A DNA stretch of 32,997 bases from assembly GCA_934427095.1 (NCBI GenBank), contig CAKRYM010000001.1, forward strand, positions 1 through 32,997. The letters are read 5' to 3'. Positions 1 to 8,985 of this stretch are shown here, one piece after another (within the stretch, counting starts at the first letter, position 1; each line of letters opens with the position of its first letter). The stretch comes from an uncultured Bacillota bacterium. GTDB taxonomy: Bacteria; Bacillota; Dehalobacteriia; UBA4068. The notes under the pieces are model-generated. The model was not told the DNA's origin. It saw only the letters and a program-made list of their open reading frames with translations, and made no database searches. Both the position numbers and the translations under genes were made by a program.

Positions 1-1
1 G

Positions 2-769
2 ATCTCGGAAATGGGGATCCGCTACTCGGCTCTCCCAGGTCATACACTGGAATTGGCCGATGCGCTCAACGAACAGCTTTCCTCCAAGTGGCGTGATCTG
101 CGAGGCATGGAAATTGTGTCCTTCGGCGTTTCCAGCGTCAAGGCCAATGAGGAAGATGAGCAAATGATCAAGGAACTGCAGCGCAATGCAGCCTTCATGG
201 ATCCTACTCGGGCGGCGGCTCATCTGGTGGGTGCACAGGCCAGCGCCATGCAGGCGGCCGCCAGCAACCCCAACGCCGGTCCCGCCATGGCTTTTATGGG
301 CATGGGAATGGCCGGACAGATGGGTGGTATGAACGCGCAGAACCTTTATCAGATGGGCGGGCAGCAGGCCCAGCCTGCCTCTGCTCCTGCACCAGCCACC
401 CCTAGCGGTTGGGTCTGTTCTTGTGGACAGAGCGACATCACCGGCAACTTTTGTCCTAACTGTGGCAACAAAAAACCAGAGCCAAAGCCTGCCGCTGACA
501 GCTGGAAATGTCCGCAATGTGGTGCCACAGTCACCGGAAAGTTCTGCCCCGAGTGTGGTAAGCCAAAGCCTGAAATAGACGGCTGGACCTGCTCCTGTGG
601 GGCGGTAAACAAGGGGAAATTCTGCGCTGAGTGTGGAGCGAAAAAGCCCGCCGGTGTCCCTCAGTATAAATGCGATAAGTGTGGTTGGGAACCGGCCGAC
701 CCCACTCATCCGCCCAAGTTCTGTCCGGAGTGCGGCGATCCTTTTGATGACGGTGATCTGCAGGGATGA
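2..769 (+). CDS. SPFH/Band-7 family protein (COG4260, B. subtilis YdjI-like), C-terminal part with four tandem zinc ribbons. The 5' end lies outside the window
   Basis: The frame is open from nt 2 with no upstream stop, so the Met at 11 is probably internal. The segment SALPGHTLELADALNEQLSSKW..GMEIVSFGVSSV..EEDEQMIKELQ looks like the end of the SPFH domain of lumpy-skin-disease-virus virion-core-like proteins. A Q/M/G/A-rich linker follows, then 4 x CxxC-x8-13-CxxC units with K/P-rich spacers. Confidence 0.7.
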   Translation: MSEMGIRYSALPGHTLELADALNEQLSSKWRDLRGMEIVSFGVSSVKANEEDEQMIKELQRNAAFMDPTRAAAHLVGAQASAMQAAASNPNAGPAMAFMGMGMAGQMGGMNAQNLYQMGGQQAQPASAPAPATPSGWVCSCGQSDITGNFCPNCGNKKPEPKPAADSWKCPQCGATVTGKFCPECGKPKPEIDGWTCSCGAVNKGKFCAECGAKKPAGVPQYKCDKCGWEPADPTHPPKFCPECGDPFDDGDLQG

Positions 770-1761
770 AGCAGGGCCGAAAAGTCGCAGTATTCTGTAC
801 CGTGGCACTGGCCTTGGCTCTGATTTTTGTGGGATACATTGATATGAGAAATCAAGGAGGTGATCTAGCGAAACTTTACGGAGGCGATGCACCGATGCAG
901 CAAGACCCTGCCGTACCCCCCGGCACATTGAGCGGCGTCACATACAGCCACACCAGCGGCATGGTTGCCAGAGCGGATTTTGCCATCACGCTTTCGCCGG
1001 AGGCCATTCTGGAAACCAGCTATTATTCGGCGCTTGATCCGGAGACGGCAGAGGACGAGGACTGGTATCACCCGTCCACCAAAGAGAATGTCCCCATCAC
1101 CGCGGCTCAGTGGTCGGATGTGGAGCAGATCATTCTGGAGCTCTACCCGCTGATGGAGCCCATCCCGGAAAACCGGCGTGAGGTGAAGCTGCCACCGGGG
1201 ATCGAAGTCATGGATGGCGGGGACTCCACCAGCCTGATGCTGACCTGGAGCACAGAGGACGGTACGCAAAGCATCCGCTATTACATGCCGAACGACCGCC
1301 GGATCCGCACACTGATCGCTCTGCTAGAGGAGTTGGCCGACCCCATTGGGCGGGAAATCCCCCGCTATGCCCCGCCGGAGCTGATGGGCTTTTATATCGG
1401 GCAGTCCGGGGCTCTCTTCTCCAAAGACTATTCTTTTCAATTCGATCGGGAGCTGTCCGACGTGCATGGGGAAGATGCTCCATATGTCCTCTACGCCAGA
1501 TTTACCCCGCCTGACCGGAATCGGGAGATCTGGGGGCAATGGACGGTGCCGGACACTATGTGGGACGACTTCGCTGCGTTTGCCCGGGAGATCGGCCTGG
1601 AGGATCAGCCGGACGGCAGATCGGAAAAACTAAACTGCACACTCTACTATTCTGACGGCAGTCAGCAGGGAAAGAAATTGGACAAAAAGATGGCGGATCA
1701 GATCCGAGACTATCTGATGCAGCTGGCTCTGCAGATGCCGGATGAACAAGCACAACGTTAA
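766..1761 (+). CDS. Hypothetical membrane-anchored protein (single N-terminal TM helix, acidic extracytoplasmic domain)
   Basis: 331-aa ORF whose ATG overlaps the upstream TGA (ATGA at 766-769), suggesting translational coupling. It has the hydrophobic N-terminus VAVFCTVALALALIFVGYI. I recognise no family. Confidence 0.55.
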   Translation: MKQGRKVAVFCTVALALALIFVGYIDMRNQGGDLAKLYGGDAPMQQDPAVPPGTLSGVTYSHTSGMVARADFAITLSPEAILETSYYSALDPETAEDEDWYHPSTKENVPITAAQWSDVEQIILELYPLMEPIPENRREVKLPPGIEVMDGGDSTSLMLTWSTEDGTQSIRYYMPNDRRIRTLIALLEELADPIGREIPRYAPPELMGFYIGQSGALFSKDYSFQFDRELSDVHGEDAPYVLYARFTPPDRNREIWGQWTVPDTMWDDFAAFAREIGLEDQPDGRSEKLNCTLYYSDGSQQGKKLDKKMADQIRDYLMQLALQMPDEQAQR

Positions 1762-1798
1762 AATCCATTGATCAAAACATAAAACAGGAGGTATGACA

Positions 1799-2206
1799 AT
1801 GAAAGGTCAAAAAGCTATGAAAATAACGTCTATTCTCATGATCATCGGTGGTATTATCGCCGCTATTGCAGGTGTTATCGCTATTCTCGGCGTCAGCGCC
1901 TTGGCAGCGATGGGAGGCAGCATGGAGGGTATTGGTTTGTTCTATGCAAGTTCCATTATTGTAACTGTAGCTTCTGTTATTCAGTTTATTGCGGGGATTA
2001 AGGGTGTTGGCGCGAGCAAAGATCCTCAGAAGGCTGCTTCCTGCATAAAGTGGGGCATTGTCATTGCAATTTTAAGCATTGTTTCTATGGTTATTGGTAT
2101 TGTTGCTGGAGGGGAATTCAGCATTACCAGTTTGGTCCTCAATTTGTTATTGCCGGGATTGTATATCTATGGCGCAATGCAGATGAAGAATGCCGCCAAC
2201 ATTTAA
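1799..2206 (+). CDS. Small polytopic membrane protein, unknown function
   Basis: ORF 1793-2206. AGGAGG at 1785-1790 favours the ATG at 1799. About four hydrophobic helices (IIGGIIAAIAGVIAILGV, IIVTVASVIQFIAGI, WGIVIAILSIVSMVIGIVAG, LVLNLLLPGLYIYG). Confidence 0.55.
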   Translation: MKGQKAMKITSILMIIGGIIAAIAGVIAILGVSALAAMGGSMEGIGLFYASSIIVTVASVIQFIAGIKGVGASKDPQKAASCIKWGIVIAILSIVSMVIGIVAGGEFSITSLVLNLLLPGLYIYGAMQMKNAANI

Positions 2207-2231
2207 TCAGATCTAGAAAGGAACAGGGGCT

Positions 2232-3080
2232 ATGGGACTCTTTGGAAAGTTATTTGATAAAAAGGAGTGTTCTATCTGCGGCGGTGAGATCGGACTGCTT
2301 GGCAACCGTAAGCTGGAGGATGGTAATCTGTGCAAAAGCTGCGCCGCTAAGCTTTCTCCCTGGTTCAGTGATCGCCGCCAGAGCACGGTGTCAGAGATCC
2401 AACAGCAGCTGTCCTATCGGGAGGCAAATCAGACGAAAGTCTCGTCATTTCACATTACCCGGACCCTGGGTGAGCGCACCAGGGTGCTGCTGGACGAGGA
2501 CGCAGGCCTGTTTATGGTCACTTCTGCCAAAAATCTGGAGGAGACCAATCCTGATGTGTTGTCCTTCTCCGATGTGACCGGATGTAAGTTGACTATTAAT
2601 GAGAGCAAAACGGAAATTCAATACAGAGATGAGGAAGGCGATCGGCAGAGTTTTAATCCCAAACGGTATGCTTATGCCTATGACTTCTACATTGTGATCA
2701 ATGTCAATCACCCCTATTTTAACGAGATCCGTTTTAAGCTCAACAACGATTCAGTGGACAATAATGCAGAAACATTGCTGGACGGACCGAACAGCATGGG
2801 TTCGTTGCGTGGCAGTTTTCGGCCTAAAATTGGCGCTATGGGAGGTAGTTCTCTTACTTCCAACGCAGAGGAAGTGCGTGCCAGTGTGGAATACCAGCAA
2901 TATGAGGCAATGGGACTGGAGATTCGCGATGCACTGCTTCAGGTTCGGCAGCAGGCACGGGATGAGGCGGCTGTAGCCGCAGCCCCTAAGACAGCGGTGA
3001 CCTGTCCTTACTGCGGAGCAACCACCACACCAGATGCCAGTGGTTGCTGCGAATTCTGCGGCGGAGCTATCAACGGATAA
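2232..3080 (+). CDS. DUF4428-like zinc-ribbon protein (N- and C-terminal CxxC..CxxC ribbons)
   Basis: The N-terminus MGLFGKLFDKKECSICGGEIGLLGNRKLEDGNLCKSCAAKLSPWF matches my memory of the DUF4428 signature. A second ribbon, VTCPYCGATTTPDASGCCEFCGG, sits at the C-terminus. Confidence 0.6.
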   Translation: MGLFGKLFDKKECSICGGEIGLLGNRKLEDGNLCKSCAAKLSPWFSDRRQSTVSEIQQQLSYREANQTKVSSFHITRTLGERTRVLLDEDAGLFMVTSAKNLEETNPDVLSFSDVTGCKLTINESKTEIQYRDEEGDRQSFNPKRYAYAYDFYIVINVNHPYFNEIRFKLNNDSVDNNAETLLDGPNSMGSLRGSFRPKIGAMGGSSLTSNAEEVRASVEYQQYEAMGLEIRDALLQVRQQARDEAAVAAAPKTAVTCPYCGATTTPDASGCCEFCGGAING

Positions 3081-3145
3081 AACCTATAAGCAATGTATCG
3101 CGAAAAAATGCAAGCAGAGAAAAATGAAAATGAAGGGAGTACACC

Positions 3146-3829
3146 ATGAAAAAGTATGAAATTTTAGGAGGCAATCTACCTGTCGTTGTATGTGAATTAT
3201 CTGCAGGCGAATCCATGATCACAGAGAGTGGCAGTATGAGCTGGATGAGCCCGAACATGAAAATGGAGACCATTTCCGGCGGTGGCATGAAGAAGATGTT
3301 TGGCCGGATGCTGTCAGGAGATTCTATTTTCCAAAATAGGTTTACTGCAGAAGGCGGGGACGGAATGATTGCTTTTGCCTCAAGCTTTCCAGGCGCAATC
3401 AAAGCACTGAATATCAGCACTGGTCATTCCATGATCGTGCAGAAAAGCGCTTTTCTTGCTTCTGAAGCAGGAGTGGAGTTGTCCATGCATTTCCAGAAAA
3501 AACTGGGCTCGGGACTCTTTGGTGGCGAAGGCTTCATTATGCAGAAGCTGAGCGGAAACGGCACTGCGTTTGTTGAAATCGATGGCCATGCGGTGGAGTG
3601 TGATCTGAGCGCCGGACAGGAGATGATAGTCAGCACAGGATATTTGGCGGCAATGGAAGAGAGCTGCACCATGGATGTTGTCGCAGTCAAGGGCGTAAAA
3701 AACATGCTGATCGGCGGAGAGGGTATTTTTAATACCGTTGTCAGAGGCCCGGGCAAGGTGATCTTGCAGACGATGCCCATCAGCAAGGTGGCTGAATTAC
3801 TGATGCCATTTTTTAGCAATAAAAAATAA
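3146..3829 (+). CDS. AIM24 / TIGR00266 (DUF124) family protein
   Basis: 227 aa with AAGGGAG 7 nt upstream. Typical family motifs: YEILGGNLPVVVCEL..GESMITESGSMSWM, GGEGFIMQKLSGNGTAFVEIDG, GEGIFNTVVRGPGKVILQTMP. Confidence 0.85.
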   Translation: MKKYEILGGNLPVVVCELSAGESMITESGSMSWMSPNMKMETISGGGMKKMFGRMLSGDSIFQNRFTAEGGDGMIAFASSFPGAIKALNISTGHSMIVQKSAFLASEAGVELSMHFQKKLGSGLFGGEGFIMQKLSGNGTAFVEIDGHAVECDLSAGQEMIVSTGYLAAMEESCTMDVVAVKGVKNMLIGGEGIFNTVVRGPGKVILQTMPISKVAELLMPFFSNKK

Positions 3830-3862
3830 ATAAATCAGAGATAGAAAGAAAGGAGAGCGGCA

Positions 3863-5317
3863 ATGAAAAACAAGTTAAAGATATCGTGCTTGCTTCTCGC
3901 GATACTGATGTTGTTTAGCCTCACGGCCTGCGGCGGCGATAATTCACTCCCTGAAGGAGACGGAGGAAATTCATCCAGTCAGGAAATGGTGTCTCCCAAG
4001 ACGATTAATACCAACCTGTGGGATCTGACCTATGATGAGGACGATGGCTGGGTCTATGAAGAGGATGATTTTTATGATGATGAAACATTCTCCAAGATCA
4101 TCCTGACGATCCCCAATGAAGCAGGCGATTCGTACATCATCAATGCGGAGATCCGTGTTTCCATTGAGGATCCATATTCCTTCCGCAACTATCTCACCAG
4201 CTACGGTTTTGACGAGTATGAGTACGCAGTCAATCAGGCCTATGATTTTACCCCCGTGGGCGGTATCGACTGCCTCGAACAGGAAGGAAACTATTGGGGG
4301 TCTCCGTGCCTGCGCTACTTTAATCGTGTAGAAGGAGCTGGCGCCACTGTGTTCCTTGAGATCATCGGTGAATACGAGGACGAGCGCGTTGATAAGCTGC
4401 TGTCCGGACTGACGATCCATCTGGAGGATACGGGGAATGAGGATGGCCCCTGGTCTTGGGAAGGAGAGCCCTTTTCCACCGAATCGCACAGCGCCATGGT
4501 GGGAACCTACACACTGGATAGCCAGTGGATCCCCATCACGGATTGCATTATAACAAAGGAAACATTCAATCATGCAGCTGCTGCTATTGGAAATCAGGTA
4601 TTTCTTCTGGTAGATGGTGCGTTGAAACGCTATGATTACGACGGTTCATCCCTGACTTTTGCAGAGGATATTGCACTGGATAGTGAATATGAAAACATTT
4701 CCGCTGACACGACAGGATCCCTCTGGCTTGGGAATTTCATGGAGCCGCTGATCAGCTGGAAGGATGGCGCAAAGACAGCATCCTATGATGGGCCTGATTA
4801 TGTGGCCATGCACCCGTCCGGGACTTGGGGAATCAGTTGGTTCTCCAGCGCGGAGTGCGAGAAGATTACCCTCTCTGGCGGTACGATAGCAACAGAGCCC
4901 ATCGTTTTCAAAGAGGTTGATTTGGTCAGCCATCTGATGGTCGATGAGAACCACATCTATGTCTGCGGATCTGCTGTAGATGAAAGCGGTCATAAGGTGT
5001 TTGTCTACGACACGGCAGGCAACTTGCAGCTGACGCTGGCAGATTCCGATGGAAGCGGTTTGGGTAGCGTCACCTTTGTTACAGAAACAGCAAACGGCTA
5101 TCTCGCCTTAGATGGAAATATGCGTGAGGTAGTGCTCTGGGCAAAGGATGGCACTTATATTGGCAAAGCGGATGACAGTGATCTGTTCGGCACAAGTTAC
5201 CCGTGGTTCTGCGGCGGGACGAAGCTTTCCGATGGCAGTATCCTAGTCATTATGACAGAGACCAGAGCGGATAAATCCGCGCAGGAGCTGGTTGCTTTCA
5301 AGCTCAGTGGATTTTAA
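3863..5317 (+). CDS. Lipoprotein, unknown function
   Basis: AAGGAG RBS. Signal peptide with lipobox LFSLTAC-GG. The 484-aa mature part is acidic, and the C-terminal half has repeat-like beta-rich segments. I recognise no family. Confidence 0.65.
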   Translation: MKNKLKISCLLLAILMLFSLTACGGDNSLPEGDGGNSSSQEMVSPKTINTNLWDLTYDEDDGWVYEEDDFYDDETFSKIILTIPNEAGDSYIINAEIRVSIEDPYSFRNYLTSYGFDEYEYAVNQAYDFTPVGGIDCLEQEGNYWGSPCLRYFNRVEGAGATVFLEIIGEYEDERVDKLLSGLTIHLEDTGNEDGPWSWEGEPFSTESHSAMVGTYTLDSQWIPITDCIITKETFNHAAAAIGNQVFLLVDGALKRYDYDGSSLTFAEDIALDSEYENISADTTGSLWLGNFMEPLISWKDGAKTASYDGPDYVAMHPSGTWGISWFSSAECEKITLSGGTIATEPIVFKEVDLVSHLMVDENHIYVCGSAVDESGHKVFVYDTAGNLQLTLADSDGSGLGSVTFVTETANGYLALDGNMREVVLWAKDGTYIGKADDSDLFGTSYPWFCGGTKLSDGSILVIMTETRADKSAQELVAFKLSGF

Positions 5318-5329
5318 GGAGGGGAAAAC

Positions 5330-6400
5330 ATGAAAAACACAAAGTTCCTTTTCCTGTTCCTTGCGTTGCTGATGCTGGTCAGCCTCACGGCCTGCGGCAA
5401 AGATAATTCGGAAAATACGGAAACAGGTCCTGTTGTATTGGAAGTCGGAGACTTTGAGCTGATCTACAAGGGCGCAAGTATGATGAAGGATTATGATGGA
5501 AACGACGCCCTCGTTTTGACGCTGGACTTCATCAACAATAGTAAGGAAACCACCAACTATTTTTGGTCCATTTACGAAACAGCTGTGCAGAACAACACGG
5601 AGCTGGAGATGGCCATAGTTTATCTCAACGTGGACACCATGGATACCGTGGACAACAGCCAGCATAATGACGTGGCTCCCGGCGACACACTTGAGATTCA
5701 AACTGCCTTTGAGCTGAATGATACTACCGGCGAGGTAGAGGTGACTTTCGAGGAGATGATCGGCAACAAAAACGACTCCATCACCATTGATCTCTCCACC
5801 CTCAGCCAGGAATCCGCAGAAAGCGGTACAGAGACGCTTACCGGCGGCAAGACCGCGGGCTCCAACGGGGAGGCCGATGTATTCAACGGCGATCAGCTGC
5901 GCGACTGGTGGAACGGCGAATGGTACGGCTGGTGGGTGATGACCGGTTGCTGGGGCGATTATGAAGACATGGAAGGCCAGTGGTGGGACATCTGCGGTAC
6001 CATTGACATTGGCGAGGACGGTATGGGTACCGTCACCCTCTGGGATGTGGACTACATGAAGTCGGAGCCCATGGTATCGGCCTCGGTCAGCCTGAATGAA
6101 GCCGGAACCAGCGAATACGGTACCATGATGTCCGAGGGTGGATGGTTCATGAGTATTCCCCTGGAACATTCGGACTGGATCGTTGACCCGGGGCTTTTGG
6201 ATTATCCTAACATGATCCACATCGATGGCAACTATGAAAACGGCGAGGATGAATTCTTCTATGATATCTACCTGCGTCCCTGGGGAACCTACTGGGATGA
6301 TGTGACTGAGGAAGATTTACCCTACTATTATTCCGACTGGTATCTGCCTTTGATCGAAGCAGGCGAGTCTATGCCGGATAGCATCGGAGTAGGCCTGTAG
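5330..6400 (+). CDS. Lipoprotein with a DUF5067/DUF4352-like N-terminal domain and a Trp-rich C-terminal domain
   Basis: AGGAGG RBS. Lipobox LVSLTAC-GK. The segment FELIYKGASMMKDYDGNDALVLTLDFINNSKETTNYFWS..VAPGDTLEIQTAFEL resembles the DUF5067 Ig-like fold of Firmicutes lipoproteins. The C-terminal domain is rich in W, D and E. Confidence 0.65.
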   Translation: MKNTKFLFLFLALLMLVSLTACGKDNSENTETGPVVLEVGDFELIYKGASMMKDYDGNDALVLTLDFINNSKETTNYFWSIYETAVQNNTELEMAIVYLNVDTMDTVDNSQHNDVAPGDTLEIQTAFELNDTTGEVEVTFEEMIGNKNDSITIDLSTLSQESAESGTETLTGGKTAGSNGEADVFNGDQLRDWWNGEWYGWWVMTGCWGDYEDMEGQWWDICGTIDIGEDGMGTVTLWDVDYMKSEPMVSASVSLNEAGTSEYGTMMSEGGWFMSIPLEHSDWIVDPGLLDYPNMIHIDGNYENGEDEFFYDIYLRPWGTYWDDVTEEDLPYYYSDWYLPLIEAGESMPDSIGVGL

Positions 6401-6501
6401 AACTGAAGTGTCTAACAACCAATGCGTCTGTGACCGGTGCGGCAATATGAAAAACCTGAGCGTGCTTTATGTCGCAGGAGGTATACGCATATAAATGGGG
6501 G

Positions 6502-6531
6502 TTGCTCCCGCTCCATCGGGGGCGGGAGCAA
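6502..6531 (+). terminator. GC-rich hairpin between lipoprotein genes (possible weak terminator or attenuator)
   Basis: ttgctcccgc (6502-6511) pairs perfectly with gcgggagcaa (6522-6531) around a 10-nt loop. There is no clean T-tract after it (tctaaattt). Confidence 0.3.
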
Positions 6532-6580
6532 TCTAAATTTGCGCAATGGTATGGAACGGTAGAGTTTGAAAGGAGCGGTT

Positions 6581-7756
6581 ATGAGAAGGATATCCAAACG
6601 AGTGATCGCATTTTTTCTGGCACTGGTTCTGATGCTGTTTCTCTGTGCCTGTGCGCAAAAGCCGCCATTGGGAACGGAAGTAGACGAGCCGAAAGTAAGT
6701 GCAGGCAAAGAAACGTTACCCAATATGATTGACAAGATGGATGTGCAGACCGAATTTTCCGAGGAAGCAGAACAATCTCTTGATTGGCTGCGCGACAGAA
6801 TGGATTTCCCGAAGACGATGTTCGGCGCAGCGTATTTGGGCTATACCGGAGAAACTTCTGTTGGAGATTGGCTTGCGGAAGCAGATCAGGCGATGCTGCA
6901 GCAATACCCCTTTATTTCAGAAATCGACGCGGATCACATCATCGGCAGCGAGGGACATCTGTACTGTATCGTGCCGGTCGATGAAAATGCGACAGTTGCC
7001 ATCAACCGTGTGCAATGGAATGAGAACACATATACCTATGAGGTTGCTGAAGTCCTCTATCGGTCGGAGAGTGGTGAACCGATACTGCTCTTTGCAAATC
7101 TCGACGGCGTTGCATACGAGGCCGACACGCAGCTCTGGATTACTGACAACGCAGGGAATACCTGCGAATGGTATCCATCGCTGGATGCCATGAGCTGTCT
7201 TGCGCCGTGTGTATCGGAAGCTGGAGAATACCTTTCGTTTGACTTTACGGAATACGGATGGCTGGACGCTCCTTCCGAGCTTACACAGTGGCTGAGTGAC
7301 GGCTATAGCGGAGTATATGCCTCCGGACTTGGCGGCTGCTGGACGACACAGGCAACGGCATGGGATACGGACCGTACTGCCAATTACTACCTGTGGTTCT
7401 TTCCTGAGGATGAAGCGGGCGGAAGTGTCGATGTGTATTGGGAGTACGAGGGCACTGATCTTTCTGAAGTGATGTGGGAAGAGGTGTGGAGCGGCTCCTG
7501 GACGATCACATCCGTCATGGATGGGCCAAGCTATGTGACCATTAGTCTGTCCCTTGTGGGCGGTAAAAACTATGGCATTGTAGACGGCCCATACTATATC
7601 TCTGAGACATATCCGCTTCTGATCAGTCCTAGCGGTGAGGAGATGGTGATTGGCGCGGGGGCTAACGGCATCAGTCTGCCGTTTATGCCGAAGTACGAAT
7701 CGCAGATGTGTATACTGACACTGGACAGCTGGCTCACGGAAAGCCCATTAGGCTGA
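6581..7756 (+). CDS. Lipoprotein, unknown function
   Basis: The listed ORF starts at TTG 6566. The ATG at 6581 follows AAGGAG (6570-6575). Signal peptide MRRISKRVIAFFLALVLMLFLCAC-AQ has a lipobox. I recognise no family. Confidence 0.65.
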   Translation: MRRISKRVIAFFLALVLMLFLCACAQKPPLGTEVDEPKVSAGKETLPNMIDKMDVQTEFSEEAEQSLDWLRDRMDFPKTMFGAAYLGYTGETSVGDWLAEADQAMLQQYPFISEIDADHIIGSEGHLYCIVPVDENATVAINRVQWNENTYTYEVAEVLYRSESGEPILLFANLDGVAYEADTQLWITDNAGNTCEWYPSLDAMSCLAPCVSEAGEYLSFDFTEYGWLDAPSELTQWLSDGYSGVYASGLGGCWTTQATAWDTDRTANYYLWFFPEDEAGGSVDVYWEYEGTDLSEVMWEEVWSGSWTITSVMDGPSYVTISLSLVGGKNYGIVDGPYYISETYPLLISPSGEEMVIGAGANGISLPFMPKYESQMCILTLDSWLTESPLG

Positions 7757-7835
7757 TTTTCTGCAGATTCCAAGGGGGACATGGTCTGCTTTGGTATGGA
7801 GCGTTGTAGCACCGGCATGGAAAGGAGGCATTTAG

Positions 7836-8969
7836 ATGCCATCACAGGTAACAAATTATCAGTGCCCAGCCTGTACGGGGCCACTCCATTTTGCGGGAGA
7901 ATCCGGAAAACTGGAGTGCGAGTACTGCGGCACCAGTTACGATGTAGCGGAGATCGAGGCGCTTTATGCAGAGAAAGAGGAAAAGGCGGCGGCAGCTCAG
8001 CAGGCGGCAGAGGAAATGAACACGGAACGGACCACATCTTCCGATGATGGAGGTACGTGGGACACCTCAGGCTTCTGTGCGGACTGGGGCGCAGAGGGCG
8101 AGGCCATGCGGGCCTATAGCTGCCCAAGCTGCGGCGCAGAGCTCATCTGTGATGAAAGCACGGCGGCAACATCCTGCCCCTACTGCGGGAATCCTACGGT
8201 GGTACCGGGACAGTTTTCCGGGCAACTGAAACCGGATTTCGTCATTCCCTTTAAGCTGAGTAAGGAAGACGCCGTAAAGGCTCTCAAGAACCACTACAAA
8301 GGAAAATTTTTCTTACCAAAAAGTTATATTGGCGAAAATCATGTTCAGGAAATCCAGGGGATCTATGTTCCCTTCTGGATGTTCGATGGCGAGGCAGAGG
8401 GTGATGCTTATTATGAAGCTACACACTCTCATACTTACCGTTCCGGTGACTATGAGATCACGGAAACGAAACATTACGACGTTTACCGGGCAGGATATGT
8501 CACGTTTGAGAAGGTGCCTGTGGATGCCTCTAGTAAGATGCCGGATAATCACATGGATTCTATTGAACCTTATGACTATAATCAACTAAAACCTTTTTCC
8601 ACGGCGTATCTCCCCGGTTTTCTTGCCGATAAATTCGATGTGACAGTGGAGGAATGCCGGCAGAGAGCGGATCAGCGCTGCGAGGGAACCTTATCCTCGG
8701 CGCTGCGCAGCTCTATAGGACATTATGATACCTGTACGCTTAGAGGGGAAAGCATCAGCCTGAAAAGGGGAAAAGTACATTACGCACTGATGCCCGTCTG
8801 GATGCTGAACACCAAGTGGAAGGGTAAGGATTTCTTGTTTGCCATGAATGGACAGACTGGAAAGCTGGTAGGTAATCTGCCGGTCAGCTGGGGAAAGTTC
8901 TGGGGATTGTTTGCTGCCATAGCCGTCCCCCTGTCGATACTTAGCTCGGCACTAATTATTGTGCTGTGA
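7836..8969 (+). CDS. YdjG-like membrane protein with two N-terminal zinc ribbons and a C-terminal TM helix
   Basis: GGAGG lies 8 nt upstream. Ribbons are YQCPACTG..LECEYCGTSY and YSCPSCGAEL..SCPYCGNP. A conserved-looking core (FVIPFKL..A....HYKGKFFLPK, GIYVPFWMFDG) is followed by a C-terminal TM helix (FWGLFAAIAVPLSILSSALIIVL). The architecture matches B. subtilis YdjG-type proteins. Confidence 0.55.
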   Translation: MPSQVTNYQCPACTGPLHFAGESGKLECEYCGTSYDVAEIEALYAEKEEKAAAAQQAAEEMNTERTTSSDDGGTWDTSGFCADWGAEGEAMRAYSCPSCGAELICDESTAATSCPYCGNPTVVPGQFSGQLKPDFVIPFKLSKEDAVKALKNHYKGKFFLPKSYIGENHVQEIQGIYVPFWMFDGEAEGDAYYEATHSHTYRSGDYEITETKHYDVYRAGYVTFEKVPVDASSKMPDNHMDSIEPYDYNQLKPFSTAYLPGFLADKFDVTVEECRQRADQRCEGTLSSALRSSIGHYDTCTLRGESISLKRGKVHYALMPVWMLNTKWKGKDFLFAMNGQTGKLVGNLPVSWGKFWGLFAAIAVPLSILSSALIIVL

Positions 8970-8985
8970 GAAGGGGGTATCAGAT

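Noticed and set aside
2050-2577. 175-aa plus-strand ORF spanning the end of the small membrane protein gene and the start of the DUF4428-like gene.
   Set aside because: It is out of frame with both supported genes and crosses their intergenic RBS. The product is Cys/Trp/Arg-rich nonsense.
5243-6220. 325-aa ORF on the minus strand. Similar long antisense ORFs occur at 3971-4573, 9184-9786 and 26863-27654.
   Set aside because: Each lies entirely antisense to a well-supported gene with an RBS, signal peptide or family motifs. Their translations are low-complexity (G/H/V/P/R-rich) with no recognisable domains or RBS. They are shadow ORFs of GC-rich coding sequence.
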